A stretch of DNA of 24,000 nucleotides from Nanobdellota archaeon (GTDB lineage: Archaea > Nanobdellota > Nanobdellia > Woesearchaeales > UBA9642), in the NCBI GenBank assembly GCA_021813435.1, contig JAKAKR010000013.1, positions 67,494-91,493 on the forward strand, read 5' to 3'. The translations under genes and the position numbers were made by a program. The notes under the pieces are model-generated. The model worked only from the letters and a program-made list of their open reading frames with translations, was not told where the DNA came from and did not search any database. Positions 16,067 to 24,000 of this stretch are shown here, in pieces; position 1 is the stretch's first letter; each line of letters starts with the position of its first letter.

Positions 16067-17122
16067 TTATTTATATAGTGCATCTATCACGTGTTTATCG
16101 CCCAAATCATAGCATATTGAACGGGTTTCCTTCCTGAAAAACCTTCCTGAATATTCTTTCAATCGTTCTTCTGATGAAATGCCAATATCTGCACATCCGT
16201 AAGTATGCATAAAATCCAGACTCGTACTTCCTGCCGTTAGAATAAATCGCTCATAATTACTATCGTTTTTATCGATACGAACGTTAATTTTTGAATTATC
16301 ATTATCTATTATGAATTTTTTCAAAGCATTTCGAATAGTATCACACTCGATAAATTGGTTATCGACATACCAATGAACATGCTCAGACGTAAGGCTCTCA
16401 GGATAATAATTTTTTTTACCATGAAATTTCCTGTCCTTAATCGTGACAAGAAATTTTGCTTTGTCAATGATGCGGTCAATATTTTTACTTGAAAGGATTA
16501 GTCCTTTTTGCGATGCCTCAAATACCTCAACATAACTTTCAGGACGTACGGACAGATTATCCATGAAATCAGGATGAGAGAATAACTTATTTACTCCTAA
16601 ATCAACATCCTGAGCAGTAAACCCTGAATAGTTCATTAAGTTGTTACGAGTTGAGTCATAGGTCGCATCATACACCATTGAAGAAATTGTTTCAAGATCA
16701 AACGATTCTCGAGGATCTTTTTTTATTGTTGATAATAATAGATACGCCGCACGCATTGTATCAATAAATGAATAGACATTATTACCAATAGCACCAATAT
16801 CAACATAACTATCACTCCATGCAAAAGGAGCAGATAACCTTTTTTGTTCATTAATGACACTTACACCAAAAGTTATAGCAGTTAAATCATCTGTTCGTGC
16901 ATCTCTGACATTAAATTTTATACCCCATTTCGGTATGCACCAGACAGTATATCCTTTTATAGTATCCAGCGAATACAGCGCATTCTGAAAACGATCGGTT
17001 TCTTCAGGCATAATTACAAAATCAGATTTGAGCTTTACTCGCTCGACTGATCCTCGTTTATTTTTTATTTCTACAGGTTTTACTTCATAAGGAACTTTTT
17101 GTAAATCACTGTTTTGTTTCAT
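16067..17122 (-). CDS. Hypothetical protein (351 aa), no family recognised
   Basis: Long ORF, AT-richer than its neighbours, 9 nt downstream of the gene at 17132-17731. Confidence 0.8.
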   Translation of the reverse strand: MKQNSDLQKVPYEVKPVEIKNKRGSVERVKLKSDFVIMPEETDRFQNALYSLDTIKGYTVWCIPKWGIKFNVRDARTDDLTAITFGVSVINEQKRLSAPFAWSDSYVDIGAIGNNVYSFIDTMRAAYLLLSTIKKDPRESFDLETISSMVYDATYDSTRNNLMNYSGFTAQDVDLGVNKLFSHPDFMDNLSVRPESYVEVFEASQKGLILSSKNIDRIIDKAKFLVTIKDRKFHGKKNYYPESLTSEHVHWYVDNQFIECDTIRNALKKFIIDNDNSKINVRIDKNDSNYERFILTAGSTSLDFMHTYGCADIGISSEERLKEYSGRFFRKETRSICYDLGDKHVIDALYK

Positions 17123-17131
17123 CAGTTAACC

Positions 17132-17731
17132 TCATACTTGTTTTTCAGTAATTAATGGCATCAGATCGACTACGCTCGGATGACGCCATTCGCGATATGT
17201 TTCATAAAGCGAACGTTTTTCTGCAGGCTGCGGATTGACATCGATGTAAAATCGCATGCCTGTACTACTATTTTCTCCGTGGAGCCTAATTGTTGAGAAC
17301 AGTTGAGATAGTGCAGCATCAGTTTCTACGCGAAACTTTTTTTTATAATCCGCGAAAAGACGGGATAATGAATTCCACTGACACCCGCCAATGCCAGAAT
17401 ATATGCGTTTATCTTTCGAATCCGCATGAACAATAGTGACGGAATATTTCTTAAGGAATTTATCAGATAGTAATGTGTCAACAAGAGTAAAATCCTTGTT
17501 CAGTATTTCAAATTCAGCACAGGGCGCCTGCCCATAAGTGTTGATGTAATCTCCGAGATGAGCAACATATTGATGTGCAGAGATAAGATTGACGTTGTTC
17601 TTCGTCAAGTGACTCCCGATGTCGAGATATTCAAATAATGCGCGAGCACGTTGCCCAAATTGTTCATCTAAATGATAGTCTGACAATTCTTGCACTTGTT
17701 CCATAGTTTTTAACAGAATTGTTTTTTTCAT
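17132..17731 (-). CDS. Hypothetical protein (about 199 aa), no family recognised
   Basis: ORF starts MKKTILLKTMEQVQELSDYHLDEQFGQRARALFEYLD; GGTG upstream of ATG 17731. Likely co-transcribed with 16067-17122. Confidence 0.75.
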   Translation of the reverse strand: MKKTILLKTMEQVQELSDYHLDEQFGQRARALFEYLDIGSHLTKNNVNLISAHQYVAHLGDYINTYGQAPCAEFEILNKDFTLVDTLLSDKFLKKYSVTIVHADSKDKRIYSGIGGCQWNSLSRLFADYKKKFRVETDAALSQLFSTIRLHGENSSTGMRFYIDVNPQPAEKRSLYETYREWRHPSVVDLMPLITEKQV

Positions 17732-17786
17732 AATAATCACCTATTTACTCACTTAATAGTAGTACTGTAATGTTGTATTTAAATAT

Positions 17787-17810
17787 TTGCAACCTTTTAT
17801 GAGGTTGTAA
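17787..17810. promoter_or_regulatory. Operator-like palindrome between divergent promoters
   Basis: TTGCAACCT-N6-AGGTTGTAA (9-bp arms, one mismatch), flanked by TTTAAATA (read on -, about 17778-17786) and TTTATATA (17820-17827, +). Confidence 0.55.
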
Positions 17811-17848
17811 ATAACAAAATTTATATAGAACACGATCACTCATAAAGT

Positions 17849-18583
17849 ATGGACCTGCAAGAACTCGGGCTTACAGCAAATGAATCCAAAGTGTATGAAA
17901 CACTTCTCAAATACGGCGCGCTTACCGCAGCAAATTGTGCAAAACAGTCCCAAGTGCCCTACGGCAGGATATATACCGTCCTGGATTCGCTTGAGCGCAA
18001 AGGACTCATCAAAATTCTCCCTGAACAGACTAAAAAATTTGTTCCCAGTGACCCCCAAGAACTCGACGAATTAATCACTAAGAAAAAGGATAGTCTTGAT
18101 GCGCTTAAACAAAAGATCAAAGCATACAAAACACTCTATCATGAGCGAAAACCTGAAGCAATACAGATAAGCTATGATCGGCATAACTTCCACAAACTGG
18201 TAGCTCAGATGAAAAAAGCAGAACATTACTCGTATAGCATCAAATATGCATTCGCAACAGATCCTGCATTCATGCGCGACGTTAAAGAACTCACTGCACA
18301 AAAGGTCGATTACCGCGCACTGGGGCGCATTGACAAAGAAACAGCACCCAGCGTCAAAAAATGGCACACCATAACAACCCATATCAGACATATCCCTAAC
18401 GAAGGGGTCGCAGTATCAATAATCGATGATGAAGAAATGCTCATCTCATGCATCACGACAAACACGATGATGCTTATCAAGGATAAACCGCTTATCAAAC
18501 TCATGAAAGAATTGTTCCTGCGCTATTATGAGACGCAACCAGAAATAACGCAGGACACCACTATGCACAAAAAACGACCATAA
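17849..18583 (+). CDS. TrmB-family transcriptional regulator
   Basis: MDLQELGLTANESKVYETLLKYGALTAANCAKQSQVPYGRIYTVLDSLERKGLIKILPEQTKKFVPSDPQELDELI. Confidence 0.85.
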   Translation: MDLQELGLTANESKVYETLLKYGALTAANCAKQSQVPYGRIYTVLDSLERKGLIKILPEQTKKFVPSDPQELDELITKKKDSLDALKQKIKAYKTLYHERKPEAIQISYDRHNFHKLVAQMKKAEHYSYSIKYAFATDPAFMRDVKELTAQKVDYRALGRIDKETAPSVKKWHTITTHIRHIPNEGVAVSIIDDEEMLISCITTNTMMLIKDKPLIKLMKELFLRYYETQPEITQDTTMHKKRP

Positions 18584-18640
18584 AAAAACAATATTTATAT
18601 ATCAAATAGGGTGAAAACCACTGTTTTTAGGGTAGAGGAT

Positions 18641-21600
18641 ATGACTGAACGGATTACGCGAGTAACAAGATTGGAAATCAAGGGTTTCAAGTCCTTTGCA
18701 AACAAGACTGAATTATTGTTCGGGGATGGGTATAACTGTGTTCTTGGCCCGAACGGTTCTGGAAAGAGCAATGTCATGGATGCGCTCTGCTTTGTTTTAG
18801 GCAAGGGCTCAAGTAAGGAGATGCGTGCAGAAAAATCCTCGAATCTCATCTATAATGGTGGAAAGCTCAAGAATCCAGCAAAAGAGGGTGAAGTGAGCAT
18901 ATTCTTTGATAATACGCATAAAGTGTTTCCTGAGATCAAAGACGAGAGCCGGCGCAAGAAAAGTGACGAGCATAAGTATGATACAGAGATCAAGATCACG
19001 CGCCTCATCAAGGAGAACGGGCAATCAGTCTACAAGATCAATGACAAGACAAAGACGCGCCAGGAGATTTTGGACCTGCTTGCATTCGCAAAGGTCAATC
19101 CTGACGGGTATAATATTGTTCTTCAAGGCGAGATCATCAACCTGATTGAGATGTCTCCTCTTGAACGCCGGCAGATGCTTGAGCAGATTGCAGGACTCTC
19201 AGTCTATGAGGAGAAGAAAGAGAAGGCACTGCGTGAACTGCAGCGGGTTGAAGACAAGATGAATGAAGTTGAGATTATTCTTGCAGAGCGCAAGACCCAC
19301 CTCCAGGAACTCAAGCGTGACCGCGATCAGGCATTAAAATTCAAGGATCTCAATGATAAGATCAAGCGGAACAAGGCAACAATCCTTTCCCGCAAGATCG
19401 ATGTCAAAAGCAGGGAATTTGACGCACTCAAAAAAGAGATTGATGAAGGCAATGGCAAGATTGCAAAACTCAAAGAGCATATCACCAAGATCAAAGAGAC
19501 TATTGAGCAGCGCAAGCATGAGATTGACCGGATCAACAAGGAAATCGAACTTAAGGGAGAAAAGGACCAGGTCGAAATCCATAAAGAAGTTGAGCGATTG
19601 AAGATTGATCTTGCAGTCACAAGGCAGCGCATCACGAATATCGACGCAGAGCATACAAAAATTGATGAGCGTAAACAGCAATTGAACAATTCACTTGCGG
19701 ACATCACTGGTCGCATCGCAACGCTTCTTGCGCAGAAAAAAGATGCCGAAGGCGCGATGGCAACAAAGGAAAAGGAGTATGAGCAGATTGAGCAGAAGAT
19801 CAAGAAATTTCTTGAGAAGAATAATCTTGACAGTGTTGCTGCAATCGACAAGGAGATTGAACAGATTGACAAGGATGCAGAAATTATCAATGAAGAGATC
19901 CAGAAATTGCGTGAGGAGCAGCAGAATACCCTGCGTGAAAAAGACAAGCTTGAATTGCTCATCCAGAACATTGATGCAAGTATTGAGAATGTCTTAAAGC
20001 TTGAGAAGGAGAACAAGGAGCAGGTTGAATCCCTCAAGAACAAGAAGGATAATTTCAAGAAGATCACACTGGAATTGAATCAGGCGCTCTCAGAGAATTC
20101 ATCGCTTGCCGCACAGATTGAGAATGCGCGTACAAAGATCCTGAGCAGAAAAGAGGAATTGGTAAAGCTTAATGCAAAAAATTCCAGTTTGCGTGAGAGT
20201 GTTGCTGCAGGTGTTGCAGTCCAGCGCATCCTCGAACTCAGGGATAAGGGCGAGAAGAAGGGCATTTATGGATTGGTCTCAAGCTTAGGCAATGTCCCTG
20301 CAGAATATGCTCTTGCGCTCGAAGTTGCTGCAGGCGCAAAGATCCGCAGCATTGTCGTTGAGGATGATAAGGTCGCTGCAGAATGCATCAAGTATCTCAA
20401 GGATAATAAGCTTGGTGTTGCAACATTCCTTCCGCTCAATAAGATCAGGTCAGTTTCTATCAAGCCAGAACTCAAGAATCTTAAAAGCCCGGGGATTATG
20501 GGGCTTGCTATAAGCCTGGTCACGTATGATCCTCAATTCGAAAAATTATTCAGTTATGTGTTTGAGAATACTATTGTTGTTGATAGTGTTGAGACTGCGC
20601 GTAAGATCGGCATCGGCAATTATCGCATGGCAACACTCACGGGCGATCTTATGGAGACGAGCGGCGCAATGCAGGGCGGATTCCGGCAAAAGACTGCGGG
20701 CCTTGGATTCCAGGAAAAAGAGCTCAATGACACGATTGGGCGGCTCGAGCATGAAATCAGTGATGCAGACCGCGTGATTGCAAATCTTGAGCAGAAGCGC
20801 AGCGATAATGAAGAACTCATTGAGCGATTGCGTGGGCTCAAGTCAAATCTTGACGGCGAGATCATTGTGCTTGAACGCACACTCCATCTTGACTCGAATG
20901 ATCTTGATGTGAGTAAGAAGCAAAAGCTTGAACTCAAGAAGGATTTTGCGGCAATCGACAAAAGGCTTGATGCACTCATCAGCAAGACTTCTGAGAAGAA
21001 CCGCACGCTTGCACAGTTCAAGATCAAAAAGCAGCAATTGCGTGAAAAGATCAATGAGTTGCGCAATCCTGCACTCCTTGCAGAATTGAACGCGTTTGAG
21101 CAGAAGAAATCACAATTACGCGATGAGATCAATGCATTGCGCCTGGATTCCAAGAATAGCGATGGACAGATCACAACTGTCCTCAATCCGGAAAAGGACA
21201 ATATCACCAAGGTCTTAAAGCAGCAGGAAAAGGAGCGTTCTGCATTTGAGGATGAGAAGAATGCGCTCACGAAAAAGATCAAAGAGTCAGAGGCGTCATT
21301 GAAGGAGAAGGAGGCTGCAGAGGCAAAATTCTTTGCGCAATTCAAGGAATTGTTCAACAAGCGCAATAAATTATCTGAAGAAGTCACCCGTGCAGAGTCT
21401 GAAGTGTTTGCAAAAGAGGATGAATCGCGCAAGATCGAGCAGAAGGGCAATATTGTCTCGCTCCAGAGCGCAGAGATCCGCGCGCAACTTGCCGGCATGC
21501 AGGAAGAATTCAAGCAGTATGACGGAGTGGAGTTGTATACGGACAAGCCTGAATCCGACATCTTGAAAGAGATTGCACAATTCGAAAAACTCATCGGCGA

Positions 21601-22192
21601 TATCGGCGCAGTCAATATGCGCGCGCTTGAGATCTATGAAAAGATCGAGACAGAGTACAAGTCATTCATTGAAAAGAAGGAGAAGATCCTCAAGGAACGT
21701 GAGGATGTCCTGGTCATGATCAATGAGATTGATGCGAAAAAGCGCGAGTTATTCATGAAGACCTATGAGATCCTTGACCATAATTTCAAGGTCATATTCT
21801 CTGCATTATCAACCAAAGGCGAGGCATCGCTTGAGCTTGAGGACAAGAATGATCCGTTCAATGGCGGACTCCTCCTCAAGGTCCGCATCACAGGAACAAA
21901 ATTCCTCGATATCAAATCGCTCTCTGGCGGGGAGAAGACCATGGCTGCGCTCGCATTCATCTTTGCAGTCCAGGAATATGATCCTGCGCCATTCTACATC
22001 TTTGATGAGGTCGATGCAGCGCTTGACAAAAAGAATTCTGAACAGTTGTCTGCCTTGATCAGAAATTATGCAAAGAAGGCGCAATATATCATCATCAGCC
22101 ATAATGATGCAGTGATTTCAGAGGCAGATAATCTTTTTGGGGTTTCTATGAACGAGTTCGGGATTTCTAAGATCACGAGCCTGAAGATATAA
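18641..22192 (+). CDS. smc: Chromosome segregation protein SMC
   Basis: EIKGFKSFANKTELLFGDGYNCVLGPNGSGKSNVMDALCFVLG; long coiled coils; hinge KKGIYGLVSSLGNVPAEYALALEVAAGAKIRSIVVEDD; C-terminal LSGGEKTMAALAFIFAVQEYDPAPFYIFDEVDAALD. ATG 18641 preferred over GTG 18611 because the TATA-like TTTATATAT sits at 18594-18602. Confidence 0.96.
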   Translation: MTERITRVTRLEIKGFKSFANKTELLFGDGYNCVLGPNGSGKSNVMDALCFVLGKGSSKEMRAEKSSNLIYNGGKLKNPAKEGEVSIFFDNTHKVFPEIKDESRRKKSDEHKYDTEIKITRLIKENGQSVYKINDKTKTRQEILDLLAFAKVNPDGYNIVLQGEIINLIEMSPLERRQMLEQIAGLSVYEEKKEKALRELQRVEDKMNEVEIILAERKTHLQELKRDRDQALKFKDLNDKIKRNKATILSRKIDVKSREFDALKKEIDEGNGKIAKLKEHITKIKETIEQRKHEIDRINKEIELKGEKDQVEIHKEVERLKIDLAVTRQRITNIDAEHTKIDERKQQLNNSLADITGRIATLLAQKKDAEGAMATKEKEYEQIEQKIKKFLEKNNLDSVAAIDKEIEQIDKDAEIINEEIQKLREEQQNTLREKDKLELLIQNIDASIENVLKLEKENKEQVESLKNKKDNFKKITLELNQALSENSSLAAQIENARTKILSRKEELVKLNAKNSSLRESVAAGVAVQRILELRDKGEKKGIYGLVSSLGNVPAEYALALEVAAGAKIRSIVVEDDKVAAECIKYLKDNKLGVATFLPLNKIRSVSIKPELKNLKSPGIMGLAISLVTYDPQFEKLFSYVFENTIVVDSVETARKIGIGNYRMATLTGDLMETSGAMQGGFRQKTAGLGFQEKELNDTIGRLEHEISDADRVIANLEQKRSDNEELIERLRGLKSNLDGEIIVLERTLHLDSNDLDVSKKQKLELKKDFAAIDKRLDALISKTSEKNRTLAQFKIKKQQLREKINELRNPALLAELNAFEQKKSQLRDEINALRLDSKNSDGQITTVLNPEKDNITKVLKQQEKERSAFEDEKNALTKKIKESEASLKEKEAAEAKFFAQFKELFNKRNKLSEEVTRAESEVFAKEDESRKIEQKGNIVSLQSAEIRAQLAGMQEEFKQYDGVELYTDKPESDILKEIAQFEKLIGDIGAVNMRALEIYEKIETEYKSFIEKKEKILKEREDVLVMINEIDAKKRELFMKTYEILDHNFKVIFSALSTKGEASLELEDKNDPFNGGLLLKVRITGTKFLDIKSLSGGEKTMAALAFIFAVQEYDPAPFYIFDEVDAALDKKNSEQLSALIRNYAKKAQYIIISHNDAVISEADNLFGVSMNEFGISKITSLKI

Positions 22193-22238
22193 TCCATTAT
22201 TCCCGTTCTTTTTTTCAATATGACTTAGTCTACTGATA

Positions 22239-22577
22239 TCATATCGTTTTATCATTGGGTTCATCGAATGCTGAAAATAATTCCTTCTCATTCTTGTATT
22301 TTTCTATAGAATAATGTTTAGTTTCTAATAATTCAATAAATCTCAAATAGAAATATCTCCCATTCTCATACGGTTGTATGGGATGACGCTTTTTTAAGAT
22401 TTTTTCAAAACGTAATTTTATTGTATCTGCGTCTTCTCTTGTTAAATTCTTTGCAACAATATTTGACTCTGAATACTCATACCGGTTACATTCTGAATGG
22501 CTATAAATACATTCTTTTATGGCGTACTTGACTTTTGTATCTAGATCCTCTCTCCTTTTTGATTTAGTTGGTTTCAT
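22239..22577 (-). CDS. Small hypothetical protein
   Basis: MKPTKSKRREDLDTKVKYAIKECIYSHSECNRYEYSESNIVAKNLTREDADTIKLRFEKIL...; TATA-like TTTAAATATTTATA upstream on the - strand. Confidence 0.6.
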   Translation of the reverse strand: MKPTKSKRREDLDTKVKYAIKECIYSHSECNRYEYSESNIVAKNLTREDADTIKLRFEKILKKRHPIQPYENGRYFYLRFIELLETKHYSIEKYKNEKELFSAFDEPNDKTI

Positions 22578-22641
22578 GTTCTTACTCACAATTTTTCTCT
22601 ATAATACTATTAAGTCGTGGTATAAATATTTAAAATCTTGC

Positions 22642-22659
22642 TGTCGAAAACCTTCGACA
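22642..22659. promoter_or_regulatory. Operator-like perfect palindrome between divergent promoters
   Basis: TGTCGAA-AACC-TTCGACA, 11 nt before TTTATATA (22671-22678, +) and about 8 nt from the minus-strand AT-rich box near 22620-22634. Confidence 0.6.
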
Positions 22660-22699
22660 AAATAATAACATTTATATAGTCCAAACAATAAGTTCAAGC

Positions 22700-23434
22700 A
22701 TGCAGTACGAAGAAGAACTCCGCAAGTATGGCCTCTCAGAAAAAGAGGCAAAAGTATATTTAGCACTCCTCAAAAAAGGGCCATCAACAGTGAACGAAAT
22801 TGCAGAATCAGCAGATCTTGTAAGAACCACGACATACGACATCCTCAAGATACTGCGTGAAGAAGGAATTGTGGCATCAATGACCAAAAATAATATTCGA
22901 TATTTTGAAGCATCGGATCCTGAAAAATTACTCCAGATTCTCGACGAACAAAAAAAACATGTTGAGGAGATTCTCCCAAAATTGCGACAACTCAAAAAAG
23001 AAGATTCTCCGAAATCACGCGCAGAGATATTTGAAGGAAAGCATGGAGTTAAAACAGTGTTTCAAGCATTGCTCGACAACAAGGAGCCGCTCTATGCATA
23101 TACAAACAATAAATTCATGGTTGATCTCCTTCCGAGTTATGCGCCGCGGTTTATTCAGGAACGGGTCAAACAGCGTATACCAATCAAGATTATTAGTGAA
23201 CCATCACAGACCACAACAACATTACTCAAGAATAAAGATAGTAAAGAATTTCGCGAAACAAGAACATTAAAAGAATTTAAAAAAATACCAATTAATGAGT
23301 ATATTTCAGGCGATATGGTCACTATCCTTGGATCACGCACCGACGAACCTATCGGCATCATTATCTACAATAAAGATTTTGCTGGCGAACAGCGCATCCT
23401 ATTCGAGAAACTTTGGTCTATTGCAGAGAAATAA
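22700..23434 (+). CDS. TrmB-family transcriptional regulator
   Basis: LRKYGLSEKEAKVYLALLKKGPSTVNEIAESADLVRTTTYDILKILREEGIVASMTKNNIRYFEASDPEKLLQILDEQKKHVEEILPKLRQL. Confidence 0.9.
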   Translation: MQYEEELRKYGLSEKEAKVYLALLKKGPSTVNEIAESADLVRTTTYDILKILREEGIVASMTKNNIRYFEASDPEKLLQILDEQKKHVEEILPKLRQLKKEDSPKSRAEIFEGKHGVKTVFQALLDNKEPLYAYTNNKFMVDLLPSYAPRFIQERVKQRIPIKIISEPSQTTTTLLKNKDSKEFRETRTLKEFKKIPINEYISGDMVTILGSRTDEPIGIIIYNKDFAGEQRILFEKLWSIAEK

Positions 23435-23442
23435 TACTCTAT

Positions 23443-24000
23443 CTATCTCTTCCCAATGCTATTTAGTGCCTCATCTATTCCTTGCGCAGTCGTATCCCAG
23501 GAGAATTTTTCGACCACTGTCCGGCGCGCCATTTCACCAAGTTTGAAGCGCAGCGTGGGATCAGCGATCAGGCGCTCGACCTGGCGTGCAAGATGATAGG
23601 GATTCTGTTTTTCAAAGAACAACCCATTCACATTGTTGCGGATATAGTTTCTGATGAATCCCACTTCTGTCGATACTGCAGGGAGCCCGCAGGACATTGC
23701 CTCAAGCATGGAAAGGCAAGTCGTTTCTGTAAGCGAGGAGAGGCAGTAGATATCCATGATCTGCAAGTAGGGCACTGGATTGTTCTTGCTGCCGACAAGC
23801 CAGACATTGTTTCGTGATGCAAGCTGTCTTTTGATTTTTTCTACACCATCGCCGACAATCAATAGTTTTGTCTGCGGATACTTGAGTTGGACTCTGGTGA
23901 ATGCACGCAGGATAGTGATGAGATCTTTTTCATGGCTGATGCGCCCATGATAGCCGATGATGATATCTTCTGCATGAAACCCCAGCTCTTTTCTGATCTC
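23443..24000 (-). CDS. GT4-type glycosyltransferase (C-terminal part, runs off the right edge)
   Basis: GYHGRISHEKDLITILRAF....LLIVGDGVEKIKRQ...VWLVGSKNNPVPYLQIMDIYCLSSLTETTCLSMLEAMSCGLPAVSTEVGFIRNYI...NGLFFEKQNPYHLARQVERLI. Confidence 0.92.
   Translation of the reverse strand, partial: EIRKELGFHAEDIIIGYHGRISHEKDLITILRAFTRVQLKYPQTKLLIVGDGVEKIKRQLASRNNVWLVGSKNNPVPYLQIMDIYCLSSLTETTCLSMLEAMSCGLPAVSTEVGFIRNYIRNNVNGLFFEKQNPYHLARQVERLIADPTLRFKLGEMARRTVVEKFSWDTTAQGIDEALNSIGKR

Noticed and set aside
18641-22192. SMC-like coiled coil as a Rad50/SbcC-type or defence ATPase
   Set aside because: The head motifs, hinge and total length fit canonical SMC, and no defence genes flank it.
1-24000. CRISPR array, transposase or phage module
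   Set aside because: No regularly spaced direct repeats, transposase motifs, integrase or capsid-like proteins were found on reading the window.

Overview
This 24 kb window looks archaeal. Supporting signs are TATA-type boxes about 20-30 nt upstream of start codons, tRNA introns, an archaeal PIN-ATPase-KH protein, uS7, TrmB-like regulators and SMC. A DPANN-like origin is only a guess. The backbone is mostly housekeeping: MFS permease (partial), rps7, MGMT-like protein, DUF5680, PfpI/DJ-1, PIN-ATPase-KH, a large exported transglutaminase-like protein, two SAM methyltransferases, Dus, an Mpv17-like membrane protein, a MraZ/AbrB-like protein, RNase HII, PsiE-like, SMC, two TrmB-like regulators and a GT4 glycosyltransferase (partial). 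The most interesting features are: (1) an initiator tRNA-Met whose T arm is interrupted by a 21-nt insert that folds into a bulge-helix-bulge, directly beside a two-motif LAGLIDADG endonuclease ORF; (2) a tRNA-Ser(GCT) with a 43-nt anticodon-loop intron, followed by mutually exclusive hairpins that could hide the ribosome-binding site of a DUF302 gene carrying an early in-frame TGA; (3) a decaying zone at 7.5-9.7 kb with chains of small hairpins, a disrupted winged-helix gene and a 16-bp inverted repeat; (4) two TrmB-like genes, each divergent from uncharacterised genes and each with a palindrome between the divergent TATA-like boxes, one of them facing an unknown two-gene cassette. No CRISPR array or clear transposon was seen. 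All family calls were made by eye, with no database search.
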